Assembly: GCA_015493585.1 (NCBI GenBank) | Contig: WGCW01000016.1 | Span: 30,668-94,667, forward strand | DNA from: Acidobacteriota bacterium | Lineage (GTDB): Bacteria; Acidobacteriota; Thermoanaerobaculia; Thermoanaerobaculales; Sulfomarinibacteraceae | Direction of reading: 5' to 3' | DNA: 64,000 bases | Part shown: positions 27,537 to 36,460 of the stretch, one piece after another | Layout of the letters: each line of letters starts with the position of its first letter | Position numbering within the stretch: the first letter of the stretch is position 1 | Notes under the pieces: generated by a model | Databases searched by the model: none | What the model was told of the DNA's origin: nothing | The model's input: only the letters and a program-made list of their open reading frames with translations | Made by a program: the position numbers and the translations under genes

Positions 27537-29025
27537 ACTCGATCGCCCGCACCTTCTTGTACGATGCGACCCGCTCGGCGACGTAGCCCATCAGTTCATC
27601 TTCGGTCACGTCGCCCCGCCTGACGACGAACGCCTTCGGAATTTCGCCCGCCTCCGGATCCGGGAGGGGGATCACCGCGGCGTCTGCCACAGCAGGATGG
27701 CTCAACAGGACGCCTTCGAGCTCGGCCGGTGCGACCTGGAACGCCTTGTACTTGATCAGCTCCTTGAGCCGGTCAACGATGCTGAGGTACCCGTCCTCAT
27801 CGATCATGGCCAGATCACCGGTGTGCATCCAGCCATCCTCCGTCAACGTTCGCGCGGTCGCGGCGGGGTTGTTGAGATAACCAAGCATCATCTGAGGGCC
27901 ACGCAGGACCAGCTCCCCACGCTCACCAGGACCGAGATCTGCACCAGTAGCGGGATCCACGATCCTGGCCTCGGTGTTGGGGACGATCAGGCCGCACGTC
28001 TCGAGCCGGATCCGCTCCGGATCGTCCGGATTGACTGACACGACGGGCCCGCTCTCCGTCATCCCGAAGCCCTGCTTGACGAGACAGCCGATCCGTTGTT
28101 GGACGGCCCGGCCAAGCTCAGGATCAAGCGGCGCTGCGGCGCTGACCAGCATCCGGAGTGACGAAAGATCGTAGTTGTCGATCAGCGGATGCTTCGCGAG
28201 GGCGAGGAGGATCGGCGGCACGACATGTATTCTCGTAACCTTGTGCTCCTCGATCGCCTGGAGGAACTGCTCGAGATCGAACCTCGGCATCGTGACGATC
28301 GACGCTCCCCGGTAGAGGCTGTAGGTCATGATGACCGTGAAGCCGTAGATGTGGAAGAAGGGCAGCACCCCGAGGAGCACATCATCTGGGCTCACCGGCT
28401 CGACGGGCTCCGATTGCCGCATATTGGCACAGACGTTACCGTGGGAGACCATCACACCCTTGGGGAGACCGGTCGTCCCGCTGGAGTACGGCAGTGCGAA
28501 CAGATCCGTTGCAGGATCGATCTTCGGGTGCGGTTCCGGCGCCTCCGTGGCGAGCAACGCTTCGAGCGGCGTCGTGCCAGGCACCTCGCCAATGACGATG
28601 ATTTCATCAACGCCGGTCCCCTCGATCGCCTCCCGGGCGCGTTCGGCAAACGGCGGAACGGTGACGAGCAGCCGCGCACCTGAATCGTTGAGCTGATGCC
28701 GGATCTCCCGCGGGGTGTACAACGGATTGATTGGGGTCGTGATGCCGCCTGCAAGCGCGGTCCCCTGCAGCACGATGGCGTATTCCGGCAGGTTTGGGCT
28801 CAAGATCGCCAGAACATCACCCTTGGCGAACCCACGTTGGGCCAGGCCGGCGGACAAACGCCGTGCCAGCGTCTCCAGCGCCGCAAATGTCAGCGTGCGG
28901 CCCGTCGGCCCGTCGATCAGCGCCGGTTTCTCCCCAAGATGCCGTGTGTGCTCAAAGAGAAACTCGGGAACCGGCTCGTTTGGGATTTCGATATCGGGAA
29001 ACGTGCTTTGAAAGATCATCGGCAT
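27463..29025 (-). CDS. AMP-dependent acyl-CoA synthetase/ligase (4-coumarate/long-chain fatty-acid CoA ligase family)
   Basis: 520 aa. AMP-binding motif YSSGTTGLPKGVMVSH, then GYGMTE-like FGMTES, ...TGDLA...DGYLSIVDR.KELIK..., and C-terminal SGKILRR. Confidence 0.85.
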   Translation of the reverse strand: MPMIFQSTFPDIEIPNEPVPEFLFEHTRHLGEKPALIDGPTGRTLTFAALETLARRLSAGLAQRGFAKGDVLAILSPNLPEYAIVLQGTALAGGITTPINPLYTPREIRHQLNDSGARLLVTVPPFAERAREAIEGTGVDEIIVIGEVPGTTPLEALLATEAPEPHPKIDPATDLFALPYSSGTTGLPKGVMVSHGNVCANMRQSEPVEPVSPDDVLLGVLPFFHIYGFTVIMTYSLYRGASIVTMPRFDLEQFLQAIEEHKVTRIHVVPPILLALAKHPLIDNYDLSSLRMLVSAAAPLDPELGRAVQQRIGCLVKQGFGMTESGPVVSVNPDDPERIRLETCGLIVPNTEARIVDPATGADLGPGERGELVLRGPQMMLGYLNNPAATARTLTEDGWMHTGDLAMIDEDGYLSIVDRLKELIKYKAFQVAPAELEGVLLSHPAVADAAVIPLPDPEAGEIPKAFVVRRGDVTEDELMGYVAERVASYKKVRAIEFVDAIPKSASGKILRRVLREREAS

Positions 29026-29354
29026 CCCCTCCCCCGTGATGTCATACCGTGATCATACCCTGCCGGCCAGCTCCCGGCCAATATTCGGCTGCCAGCAGCG
29101 CATTCTGCTCCACGTGGATGGATGCCAAAACCGGCCGCCAAGAAATGACGGCCCTGGCAGGTTGGTTTCGCCTCTGCCACACAACTCAGGATCACAAGGC
29201 ACGGATGGTTCTACCTCCTCTCAACGAACAGCGATCGCATCACGTGGAAGCGAGTAGCGTAACCTACTGACACCGAGCTACTTCGAGAAACAGTAGAAAC
29301 TGCACCCGAATGCCTGTTCGTCCACCGTCCCGGTGCCGCCTCCGAGGCATGTGG

Positions 29355-29845
29355 GTGCTCAGAATGACCTCCTCCCCCTGTCATCCTGAGCCGCTCTACC
29401 CTCCCGCTGTCATCCTGAGCCGCTCTACCCTCCCGCTGTCATCCTGAGCCGAAGGCGAAGGAGCTGGGCGGGGGGCCCAAAAGGCTTCGGGGTATGAACG
29501 GCGGCCACATGAGTAGGGGACGGTGTTGAGCTTATCTCAGTCTTCCTCTGCGAACCTCTGCAACCTCCGCGGTTGCCTTTTCTTCGCGGTCGTCCCCCCG
29601 CCCAGATTCTTCGTCGGCTTCGCCTCCTCAGAATGACAGTGGGGGGGAAGGCATCGCCTCCTCAGAATGACAGTGGGGGGGAAGGCATTGCCTCCTCGGA
29701 ATGATAGGGGAAGGAAAGGCTTCGCCTCCGGCACACAAGTCAGGATGACAGGGGAGGGCTGACCGCACCTCCGCCTCGTTGCGCCTCTGCGTTTCATTCC
29801 TCTTCCCACCGGTCTCCGAAAGAAGCGGCGCTCGGCGCAACAACC
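29355..29845. repeat. Mosaic intergenic repeat cluster 1 (tandem plus inverted GTCATCCTGAG-type units)
   Basis: Two perfect 29-bp tandem units at 29378-29435 plus a diverged third. Two 34-bp tandem units of opposite polarity at 29621-29688 plus degenerate copies. 29438-29845 is colinear with 44842-45362. Confidence 0.75.
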
Positions 29846-29851
29846 TGGGTG

Positions 29852-30154
29852 CTACATGCCCCTCCAGCCGGACTGTTCCATCTCGAGGAAATGCTGACGT
29901 TCCTCGTCGTTCATGACCGTCAGCTCGAACTCGGGCTGCGCTCCGATCCCGATCAGCGGCTGGCGGACGAGATCGATCAGCATGTCCTTGATCGGAACCT
30001 CGGGAAAGGGCATCGCCATGACAACGTTGACCACCTTCCCCGTGACGGTGAAATCCTTGACGATACCGAGGTCCAGGAGCGAATGGTCGATCGCCGGGTG
30101 CATGACGTTCTTCAACACAAACCGGACATCCTCAGGGGTCAGTTGATCGCTCAT
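29852..30154 (-). CDS. DUF59/MIP18-family (SufT/PaaD-like) Fe-S assembly protein
   Basis: 100 aa from MSDQLTPEDVRFVLKNVMHPAIDHSLLDLGIV... GGGAGGAG precedes the ATG at 30154. The tracked ORF is longer (to 30220). Confidence 0.6.
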   Translation of the reverse strand: MSDQLTPEDVRFVLKNVMHPAIDHSLLDLGIVKDFTVTGKVVNVVMAMPFPEVPIKDMLIDLVRQPLIGIGAQPEFELTVMNDEERQHFLEMEQSGWRGM

Positions 30155-30275
30155 TGTGATTCTCCTCCCTCTCGAGTGCCTGCGAAGAGAAGATCCTTCG
30201 CCACATCCATGATGCCACACTCAGATGACGCGTGTCAGGCGCCGCATGACCCCCGTCGCAGCCCTACTGCCACGC

Positions 30276-31136
30276 TCAGGGTTTGGAGCTTCGGATCCGG
30301 CGGAGGGCGCACTCGGGGTACCCGGCACACTTGCGGCACACCGGATCCTGGGCAAATCCGAACTCCTCGGGCGCGCAGATTGTCACGGACCGGTCCTTCG
30401 CCGCTTCGAGCTCTGCCAGGAACGCCTCGTCATCCTTCGTCAACGCTTCTCCAGCATCCACCCGTGCGGCGAGCTCCCGAACGCGGCGGTCCCACCCGAG
30501 ATTCCGCCGTTCGATGACGGTCTCCTTGGCCGCCGCCGTCAGTTCTACACGCGCCTTCTTGACCTTGTATGCCACTGTCCTGCGTGATGGCAGCTTCCGG
30601 GTCGCCAGAAAGAAAATAAACCCCGAAGACATCCCGGCCGCATTGGCCAGCCCCCCGGCGGGACCGTACGAAGAGAAGGCGGAAAACAGCAGGAACCCGC
30701 CACCGAGGATGGCGAGCCATTTGACCTTGACCGGCAGGATGAAGAAGAGCAGAAACTCCGTGTCAGGCGAGACGAACGCGTAGGTGAAGAGCAGGGATGT
30801 GTCGAGGAAGATGTCCCCGGCCAGCGGCTGGCCAAAGAGGATGGCCGTGACGGCGGCGCCGGCCACCGAGATCGCCCAGAAAATGAGAAAGTGCAACGAG
30901 CCCCATTCCTCTTCGAGCGGGCGCGCCATGAACCAGAGGATCAGCATCGAGAAGAAGAAGCCAATCATCCCGCCGTGCAGGAACTGAAATGTGACGACGG
31001 TCCATGGCCGCTGCGCAACCATCCCGGGAATCAGCGCGAGAAGCACCCGTTTCGCCGGAGCCGTCGTCGTCATGAAGTAGAACGCGAAGTGCAGGAAGAG
31101 CAACGCCTCCGTCACGTGCCACTGTTCTCGTCGCAT
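30276..31136 (-). CDS. Rhomboid-like polytopic membrane protein with cytoplasmic Cys-rich tail
   Basis: 286 aa. ...PWTVVTFQFLHGGMIGFFFSMLILWFMARPLEEEWGS... resembles rhomboid TM2/L1. I could not find the GxSG serine or the TM6 histidine (see findings). The tail ends ...CAPEEFGFAQDPVCRKCAGYPEC... Confidence 0.55.
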   Translation of the reverse strand: MRREQWHVTEALLFLHFAFYFMTTTAPAKRVLLALIPGMVAQRPWTVVTFQFLHGGMIGFFFSMLILWFMARPLEEEWGSLHFLIFWAISVAGAAVTAILFGQPLAGDIFLDTSLLFTYAFVSPDTEFLLFFILPVKVKWLAILGGGFLLFSAFSSYGPAGGLANAAGMSSGFIFFLATRKLPSRRTVAYKVKKARVELTAAAKETVIERRNLGWDRRVRELAARVDAGEALTKDDEAFLAELEAAKDRSVTICAPEEFGFAQDPVCRKCAGYPECALRRIRSSKP

Positions 31137-32923
31137 CAGCGTCTCCCAAGCCTGCGCTCGATCTCCGCCTCGGACAGGCGCAGGATGATCGGCCGCCCGT
31201 GGGGGCAGCGGTACGGATCTTCGCTCGCCGCGAGATCCCGGAGCAACGCCATCTGCTCGGCTGGCGTCAGCGGATGATTGACCTTGATCGCCGCCCTGCA
31301 GGAGAGCGAGGCCGCCAGCTCCTCCTCGAGCTCCGCGGTCACCCGTTCCGGAACACCGTCGAGATCGGTCGCCCGTTCCAGCAGCCGCTCGACCGTTTCC
31401 TGCGCCGCTTCGGGTGAGCAGTCCGGAGGCACCGCCGAGATCCGGACGGTGTCCTGCGCGAAGCGGTCGGCCTCAATCCCGGTGCGAACGAGCAACGGTG
31501 CCACCCGGCCGATCGCCCCCGCTCTGGCCTCGTCGAGCGTGATCAGCACCGGTGTCAATAACCGCTGAGCGGGTGCTGCTGAGCCGGCCAGCCGTTTCCG
31601 GATCCGGTCGTAGAGAACCCGCTCATGGGCGACGTGCTGATCGACGATGACCAGCCCCTCTTCATCTTCCAACAGGAGGAACGAGCGCCGGTACTGCCCG
31701 ATCAGCCGTCCGAACGGCGTGTCCGGAGCACAGGGGCGCGCCCCGGAGCGCGGCGCGGAAGCAGGAGCAGGCTCGGCCCAATCGTCAGCCGCCGGCGCCG
31801 GAGCGCTGCCCCGGCCGTACACGGGATGCTCAAAGAGCGGCACCTCGGCAATCCCTGGGTCGGGCGTGCTCGTACCGCCATAGGGCCACGCCGCCCGCTC
31901 CGGCATTGGCGCCAGCGGTTCGAGCCGGGTCACGCCGACATGCCCATGGCTCGCCGTCACGCCCTGCCGGACGGCACGTTCCACGGCTGCAAAGACCTGT
32001 CCCGACCGGGCAAACCGTACTTCCGCCTTGGCCGGATGGACGTTGACATCGACTTCCTCTGGAGGAACTTCGACGAAGACGGCGGCCCGGGCGCCCCCAA
32101 AGCCACCACCCCCCTCGCGCAGCACCCGCATCACGGCGCCGACGAGCAGCCGGTCCCGGACCGGACGTCCGTTGACGAGAAAGGTCAACGCGGGCCGGCC
32201 GCTGCCACGGCCCGGCGCGATGAAGCCCCAGACCCGAACCTGGCCGCTCCGTTCTTCAAAACGTGCGGGTGCAACGTTTCCCCGGCCCAACGCCGCGAAC
32301 CGCCCCGCAGGATCCGTTGCGGGTGTCAGCTCGATCAGCGTCCGGGGTCCGTGACGCAACTCGAAACCGACATCCGGCCGGGCCAGTGATGCTGCCGCAA
32401 CGGTCTCCTGGGCGTGACGGAGCTCCGTCTCCGGGGAACGCAGGAACTTCCGCCGCGCAGGCACGTTGAAGAAGAGGTCCCGCACCGTGACTGTCGTCCC
32501 TTGAGGCCGTGCCACACCCTCGACGCCGAGAATCCGGCCGCCCTCGACCGTCACCCGGGTTCCGCCCTCGGCGGGATCGGCGCAACTGATGAGCTCAAAC
32601 CTGGAGACAGCGGCGATCGAGGGGATTGCCTCGCCACGGAACCCGAGCGTCGCAATGTGTCCGAGGTCTTCCGGCCGTGCAATCTTGGAGGTTGCATGCC
32701 GTTCGAGGGCCAGAAGCACATCGTCCGCATCCATTCCAGAACCGTCATCGCTGACACGGATCAGCGACCGGCCACCCGCGGCCAGCTCGATCCGGATCCG
32801 CCTGGCCCCGGCATCGAGGCTGTTTTCAACGAGCTCCTTGACGACTGATGCCGGACGTTCGACCACCTCTCCCGCAGCGATGCGGTTGACGAGCTGGTCG
32901 GGGAGCACTCGAATCTGCGGCAC
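31136..32923 (-). CDS. mutL: DNA mismatch repair protein MutL
   Basis: 595 aa. GHKL ATPase N-terminus MPQIRVLPDQLVNRIAAGEVVERPASVVKELVENSLDAG, and a C-terminal dimerisation/endonuclease region with ...CPHGRP... Confidence 0.92.
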   Translation of the reverse strand: MPQIRVLPDQLVNRIAAGEVVERPASVVKELVENSLDAGARRIRIELAAGGRSLIRVSDDGSGMDADDVLLALERHATSKIARPEDLGHIATLGFRGEAIPSIAAVSRFELISCADPAEGGTRVTVEGGRILGVEGVARPQGTTVTVRDLFFNVPARRKFLRSPETELRHAQETVAAASLARPDVGFELRHGPRTLIELTPATDPAGRFAALGRGNVAPARFEERSGQVRVWGFIAPGRGSGRPALTFLVNGRPVRDRLLVGAVMRVLREGGGGFGGARAAVFVEVPPEEVDVNVHPAKAEVRFARSGQVFAAVERAVRQGVTASHGHVGVTRLEPLAPMPERAAWPYGGTSTPDPGIAEVPLFEHPVYGRGSAPAPAADDWAEPAPASAPRSGARPCAPDTPFGRLIGQYRRSFLLLEDEEGLVIVDQHVAHERVLYDRIRKRLAGSAAPAQRLLTPVLITLDEARAGAIGRVAPLLVRTGIEADRFAQDTVRISAVPPDCSPEAAQETVERLLERATDLDGVPERVTAELEEELAASLSCRAAIKVNHPLTPAEQMALLRDLAASEDPYRCPHGRPIILRLSEAEIERRLGRR

Positions 32924-32952
32924 CCGCCCATGATAGCGTTATCATCATCCCG

Positions 32953-33738
32953 ATGCTGAGGCTGTCTGCCGCCGTCGTCCAAGCTCCAGCCGTTCGGGGC
33001 CGCCCCGAACGGTCACGGGCACGGTACGGCCGCCTGCTCGACACCTTGTGCGCCGATGTCGTGCTGCTCCCCGAGCTGGCGCTGACGGGGTATGACCCGG
33101 CGCTGGACTATGCCGCACTCGCCGAGCCGGACGGCGGCGAAACCGAGGAGTGGACACGGGAATGGGCCCGCCGCCTCGATGCGCTCGTCGCCGTAGGGCT
33201 GCCACATCGAAGACCGGATGGCGTCATCGAGAACGCGCTCCTGCTCGTCCAACCGGATGGCACACGGCATCTGTACGTCAAGCAGCACCTGTGGACCGGT
33301 GAGGCGGCCTCGTTTTCCGCTGGCAGCACGCCACCGCACATCCTGTCATTTCGCGGCGCCCGCATCGCGCCCCTCATCTGCTACGACATGACGTTTGCAG
33401 GTGAGGCCGCACATCTCGAGGGACGGGTCGACATCCTGCTTGCCGCCTCGGCCTGGCCGTGGCTCAGCCCGCAGCACGCCGCGGCGGGGCGGGATCTCGC
33501 CCGGGCGCTCGCCACACAACTCGGTGCCGCCGTCGTATGGGCAAACCAGGTGGGAGCGTGCCGCGTTGGAACGCCGCATCGCTCACAGGCTGACCGGGGC
33601 GCTGGCCGTTCATTGATCACACTTCCATACCGGATGGCGGAAGCACGTTGCCCCGCCCGCGGACGCCACGCCGCCGTGCTTAAAATCGATCTCGGCCGGC
33701 TGCGCCAGGCACAGTTTGCAAAGTTTGTAACGCGCTAG
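32953..33738 (+). CDS. Carbon-nitrogen hydrolase (nitrilase superfamily)
   Basis: 261 aa. ...VVLLPELALTGY... (Glu), ...LYVKQHLW... (Lys) and ...IAPLICYDMTF... (catalytic Cys) form the E-K-C triad context. Confidence 0.75.
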   Translation: MLRLSAAVVQAPAVRGRPERSRARYGRLLDTLCADVVLLPELALTGYDPALDYAALAEPDGGETEEWTREWARRLDALVAVGLPHRRPDGVIENALLLVQPDGTRHLYVKQHLWTGEAASFSAGSTPPHILSFRGARIAPLICYDMTFAGEAAHLEGRVDILLAASAWPWLSPQHAAAGRDLARALATQLGAAVVWANQVGACRVGTPHRSQADRGAGRSLITLPYRMAEARCPARGRHAAVLKIDLGRLRQAQFAKFVTR

Positions 33739-34052
33739 CGGTCTTCCTCGAACACCGAGAGATCCGGCTTCGAATCGGGTGTCACAATCCGATCGGGATC
33801 AGCAAGATCTTCTTGAATCAACAGATCGATCAGCAGGTCGCGGACCCCGGCCCTGCCGCGCTGCTTGAACCGCCGTCTGACGACTGATGGCTTGAGCTCG
33901 ATCCCCGTCATCGTCTTGAGATATTCGCAGAACACGCGCGGACGCGACATGATGCTGACAACGAAGATCACGAGGAGAATGGCAATACCAAACGCCCCAA
34001 CGACGCTCACGAGCCCAAGGCCAGCCAGATTCGTCAAAATGTCGCTCATCAT
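33735..34052 (-). CDS. Small membrane-anchored hypothetical protein
   Basis: 105 aa with one N-terminal TM helix (LAGLGLVSVVGAFGIAILLVIFVV) and a charged tail. The ATG overlaps the ftsK stop (ATGA). No family recognised. Confidence 0.45.
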   Translation of the reverse strand: MMSDILTNLAGLGLVSVVGAFGIAILLVIFVVSIMSRPRVFCEYLKTMTGIELKPSVVRRRFKQRGRAGVRDLLIDLLIQEDLADPDRIVTPDSKPDLSVFEEDR

Positions 34053-36460
34053 CTGTCCTCCTGACCATCGTCGACGGGTCCATTGAGGGCATGGGTCGCA
34101 TCGACCTCGTCGAAATAATTCTTCGGCACCAGAACCTCACGTCCCTTGGCGCCGTTGAGTGGCCCCACGAGCCCCTCCGCCTCCATCATATCGAGTAAAC
34201 GTGCCGAACGCGTGTATCCGAGCCGCAGCCGTCGTTGGATGAAGCTCGCCGACGCCTTGCCCGTGCTGATGACGAGCCGCGCGGCCTCTTCGTACATCGG
34301 ATCATCCGCTGGGCCCGGCGCCTCTGAAGACGTTTGGCGCCCGCCGCGTTTCTTCCCGCCGAGCGCCTTGTGAGTCAGAACATCGCGCTGGTACTCGGGG
34401 GAGCCGAACCGCTTGATGTACCGCACGACCGTCGCGATCTCCTTGACCGTCACGAGCGGACCGTGCAACCGTTTCATCGCCGGACTGGCCGGTGCCAGGA
34501 AAAGCATGTCCCCCTTGCCCAACAGGTGTTCCGCACCGATCGCATCCAGGATTGTCCGCGAGTCGAACTTACTGCGAACCTGGTAGGAAATCCGGCATGT
34601 GAAGTTCGCCTTGATGATGCCGGTCAGAATATCGACCGAGGGACGCTGGGTCGCGCAAATCAGGTGAACGCCGACCGCCCGGGCCTTCTGCGCAAGCCGG
34701 GTGATCGATTCCTCCACCGCCCGGGAGCTCGTCAACATCAGGTCCGCGAGCTCATCGATGATGATCACAATGTAGGGAAGTGGCGTCAGCTCTTCGCCGG
34801 CCACGAGCTCATCACCGAGCCGGTCCTGGACCTTGCGCATCTGGGCCGGATCGGCCACGAGCCGGTTGTACTGCTCGAGGTTGCGGACTCCAAGACCGGC
34901 GAGAAGCTTGTACCGGCCGTCCATCTCGGCGACCGCCCACCCCAGCGCATTGGCCGCCTTCTTCGCGTCGGTGATGATCGGAGCCAAGAGATGGGGGATA
35001 TCAGCGTAGACGCCGAGCTCGACCATCTTCGGATCGACCATGATGAACTTGACCTCATCGGGCTTTGCTTTGTACAGGATCGACATGATCATGGCGTTGA
35101 TCCCGACCGACTTCCCCGCGCCCGTCGTGCCCCCGATCAACAGGTGTGGCATCCGCTGCAGATCGGCAAAGTACGGCTTGCCCAGGATGTCGACCCCAAG
35201 GCTCAGCGTCAGTTTGGACGGTGCGCGCTGGAACGCATCACTTTCAAGCAACGCTCGTAACCGGATCGTTTTCGGCTGACGGTTGGGAACCTCAATCCCA
35301 ACAGTCGCCCTTCCGGGAATCCGTGCGATTCGAACCGACGTCGTTCCAAGAGCAAGCGCGAGATCTTCTGAAAGATTCTGGAGCGCTGCAATCTTGATCC
35401 CGGAATCGAGCTGAAACTCGTAGGTCGTGATGACCGGTCCAGTCCGGATGTTGACGACCTCGCCTCCAACCCTGAACTCCCGGCATTTTTCCGTCAGAAG
35501 CTTCCCGGTCGCGAGCAGCCTGTCCGAGTCCTCCGGCTCCTCCGGATCAGCTGGCTCCAGGAAGGAAAGGCTCGGCAGGTTATACCCCTCCAACTCTTCG
35601 ACAAAATCAAACTCTTCTTGAACGACGGGCTCGGCCACTGGCTCCTTGGTCCGGGTGGAACGCTTCCCCTTCCGGCGCTTCCTGCCGGATGCCGTCTTTG
35701 AATCGCCATCCACCACGGCGGGTCCCGCCGGACCGGTTACGACCTTCCGCCGGATCCGGAACTTCCCCTTCCCTTCGAGCTCTTTGACGGTCAGCCCCGC
35801 CGGTCCGTTCGCGTCGCTCTCACCGATTCGGCTCAACTGCCGCTGGAGCACGCGCCTTTGAGCCTTGCTCCGTGCCTTTTCCTCGCGGCGCTGCCGCCTC
35901 CGCGCGATCCTCACATCCCGTGCATGCCTCCATCGTTCGATCCACCTGTCCACCGGCCTCGCCACCGACTTACCGGAAACGAAGAGCGCACCGGCAATGA
36001 CGAGGAAGACCAACAGGACGAGCCGGCCGGCAGGCCCGGCGATCCCGGCGAAGAGATCGTCCACGGCCCTGCCCAGCAACCCGCCACACGACATCGACCC
36101 GCCCCGGAAAACCAGATCGGTGCACGCTAAATTGATGAACCCCGGCAAGCCGGCCAGGAGCATCGCCCAGCCGAGCACGGTCAGACGCGGGCTCCGGAGC
36201 TTGGTCCCGTGAAGCACCCTCCACCCGCCGATGGCCGCCAGCACGGGCGTGATGACCGCTGCGATCCCGATCAGGCCAAGCAGTCCCGCGGCGAGAGTCG
36301 CCCCCAGCCAGCCCGCAAGGTTGGCAGGGTGCTCGCGCAGCGTCGACACATGGAACGGGCTTGGATCCATCGGGCTGTAGGACGCGAGCGCTACCGCCAG
36401 GAGCACGGCCGTCAGAAGCAGTCCGACGGCGATCGTCTCCCGGACGATCCGTTCGTTCAC
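34049..36460 (-). CDS. ftsK: DNA translocase FtsK
   Basis: N-terminal TM helices, a basic linker, a motor domain (HLLIGGTTGAGKSVGINAMI, IIIDELADLM) and a gamma domain (...ASASFIQRRLRLGYTRSARLLD...). The preferred start is the GTG at 36460, which overlaps the uppP stop (GTGA) and has GAGG upstream. The tracked ORF runs to 36841 inside uppP. Confidence 0.9.
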   Translation of the reverse strand: MNERIVRETIAVGLLLTAVLLAVALASYSPMDPSPFHVSTLREHPANLAGWLGATLAAGLLGLIGIAAVITPVLAAIGGWRVLHGTKLRSPRLTVLGWAMLLAGLPGFINLACTDLVFRGGSMSCGGLLGRAVDDLFAGIAGPAGRLVLLVFLVIAGALFVSGKSVARPVDRWIERWRHARDVRIARRRQRREEKARSKAQRRVLQRQLSRIGESDANGPAGLTVKELEGKGKFRIRRKVVTGPAGPAVVDGDSKTASGRKRRKGKRSTRTKEPVAEPVVQEEFDFVEELEGYNLPSLSFLEPADPEEPEDSDRLLATGKLLTEKCREFRVGGEVVNIRTGPVITTYEFQLDSGIKIAALQNLSEDLALALGTTSVRIARIPGRATVGIEVPNRQPKTIRLRALLESDAFQRAPSKLTLSLGVDILGKPYFADLQRMPHLLIGGTTGAGKSVGINAMIMSILYKAKPDEVKFIMVDPKMVELGVYADIPHLLAPIITDAKKAANALGWAVAEMDGRYKLLAGLGVRNLEQYNRLVADPAQMRKVQDRLGDELVAGEELTPLPYIVIIIDELADLMLTSSRAVEESITRLAQKARAVGVHLICATQRPSVDILTGIIKANFTCRISYQVRSKFDSRTILDAIGAEHLLGKGDMLFLAPASPAMKRLHGPLVTVKEIATVVRYIKRFGSPEYQRDVLTHKALGGKKRGGRQTSSEAPGPADDPMYEEAARLVISTGKASASFIQRRLRLGYTRSARLLDMMEAEGLVGPLNGAKGREVLVPKNYFDEVDATHALNGPVDDGQEDR

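Noticed and set aside
29378-29478. Possible CRISPR array (29-bp direct repeats)
   Set aside because: The units are directly tandem with no spacers. There are only 2-3 copies, inverted copies lie nearby, and no cas genes are in the window. It belongs to the GTCATCCTGAG repeat family.
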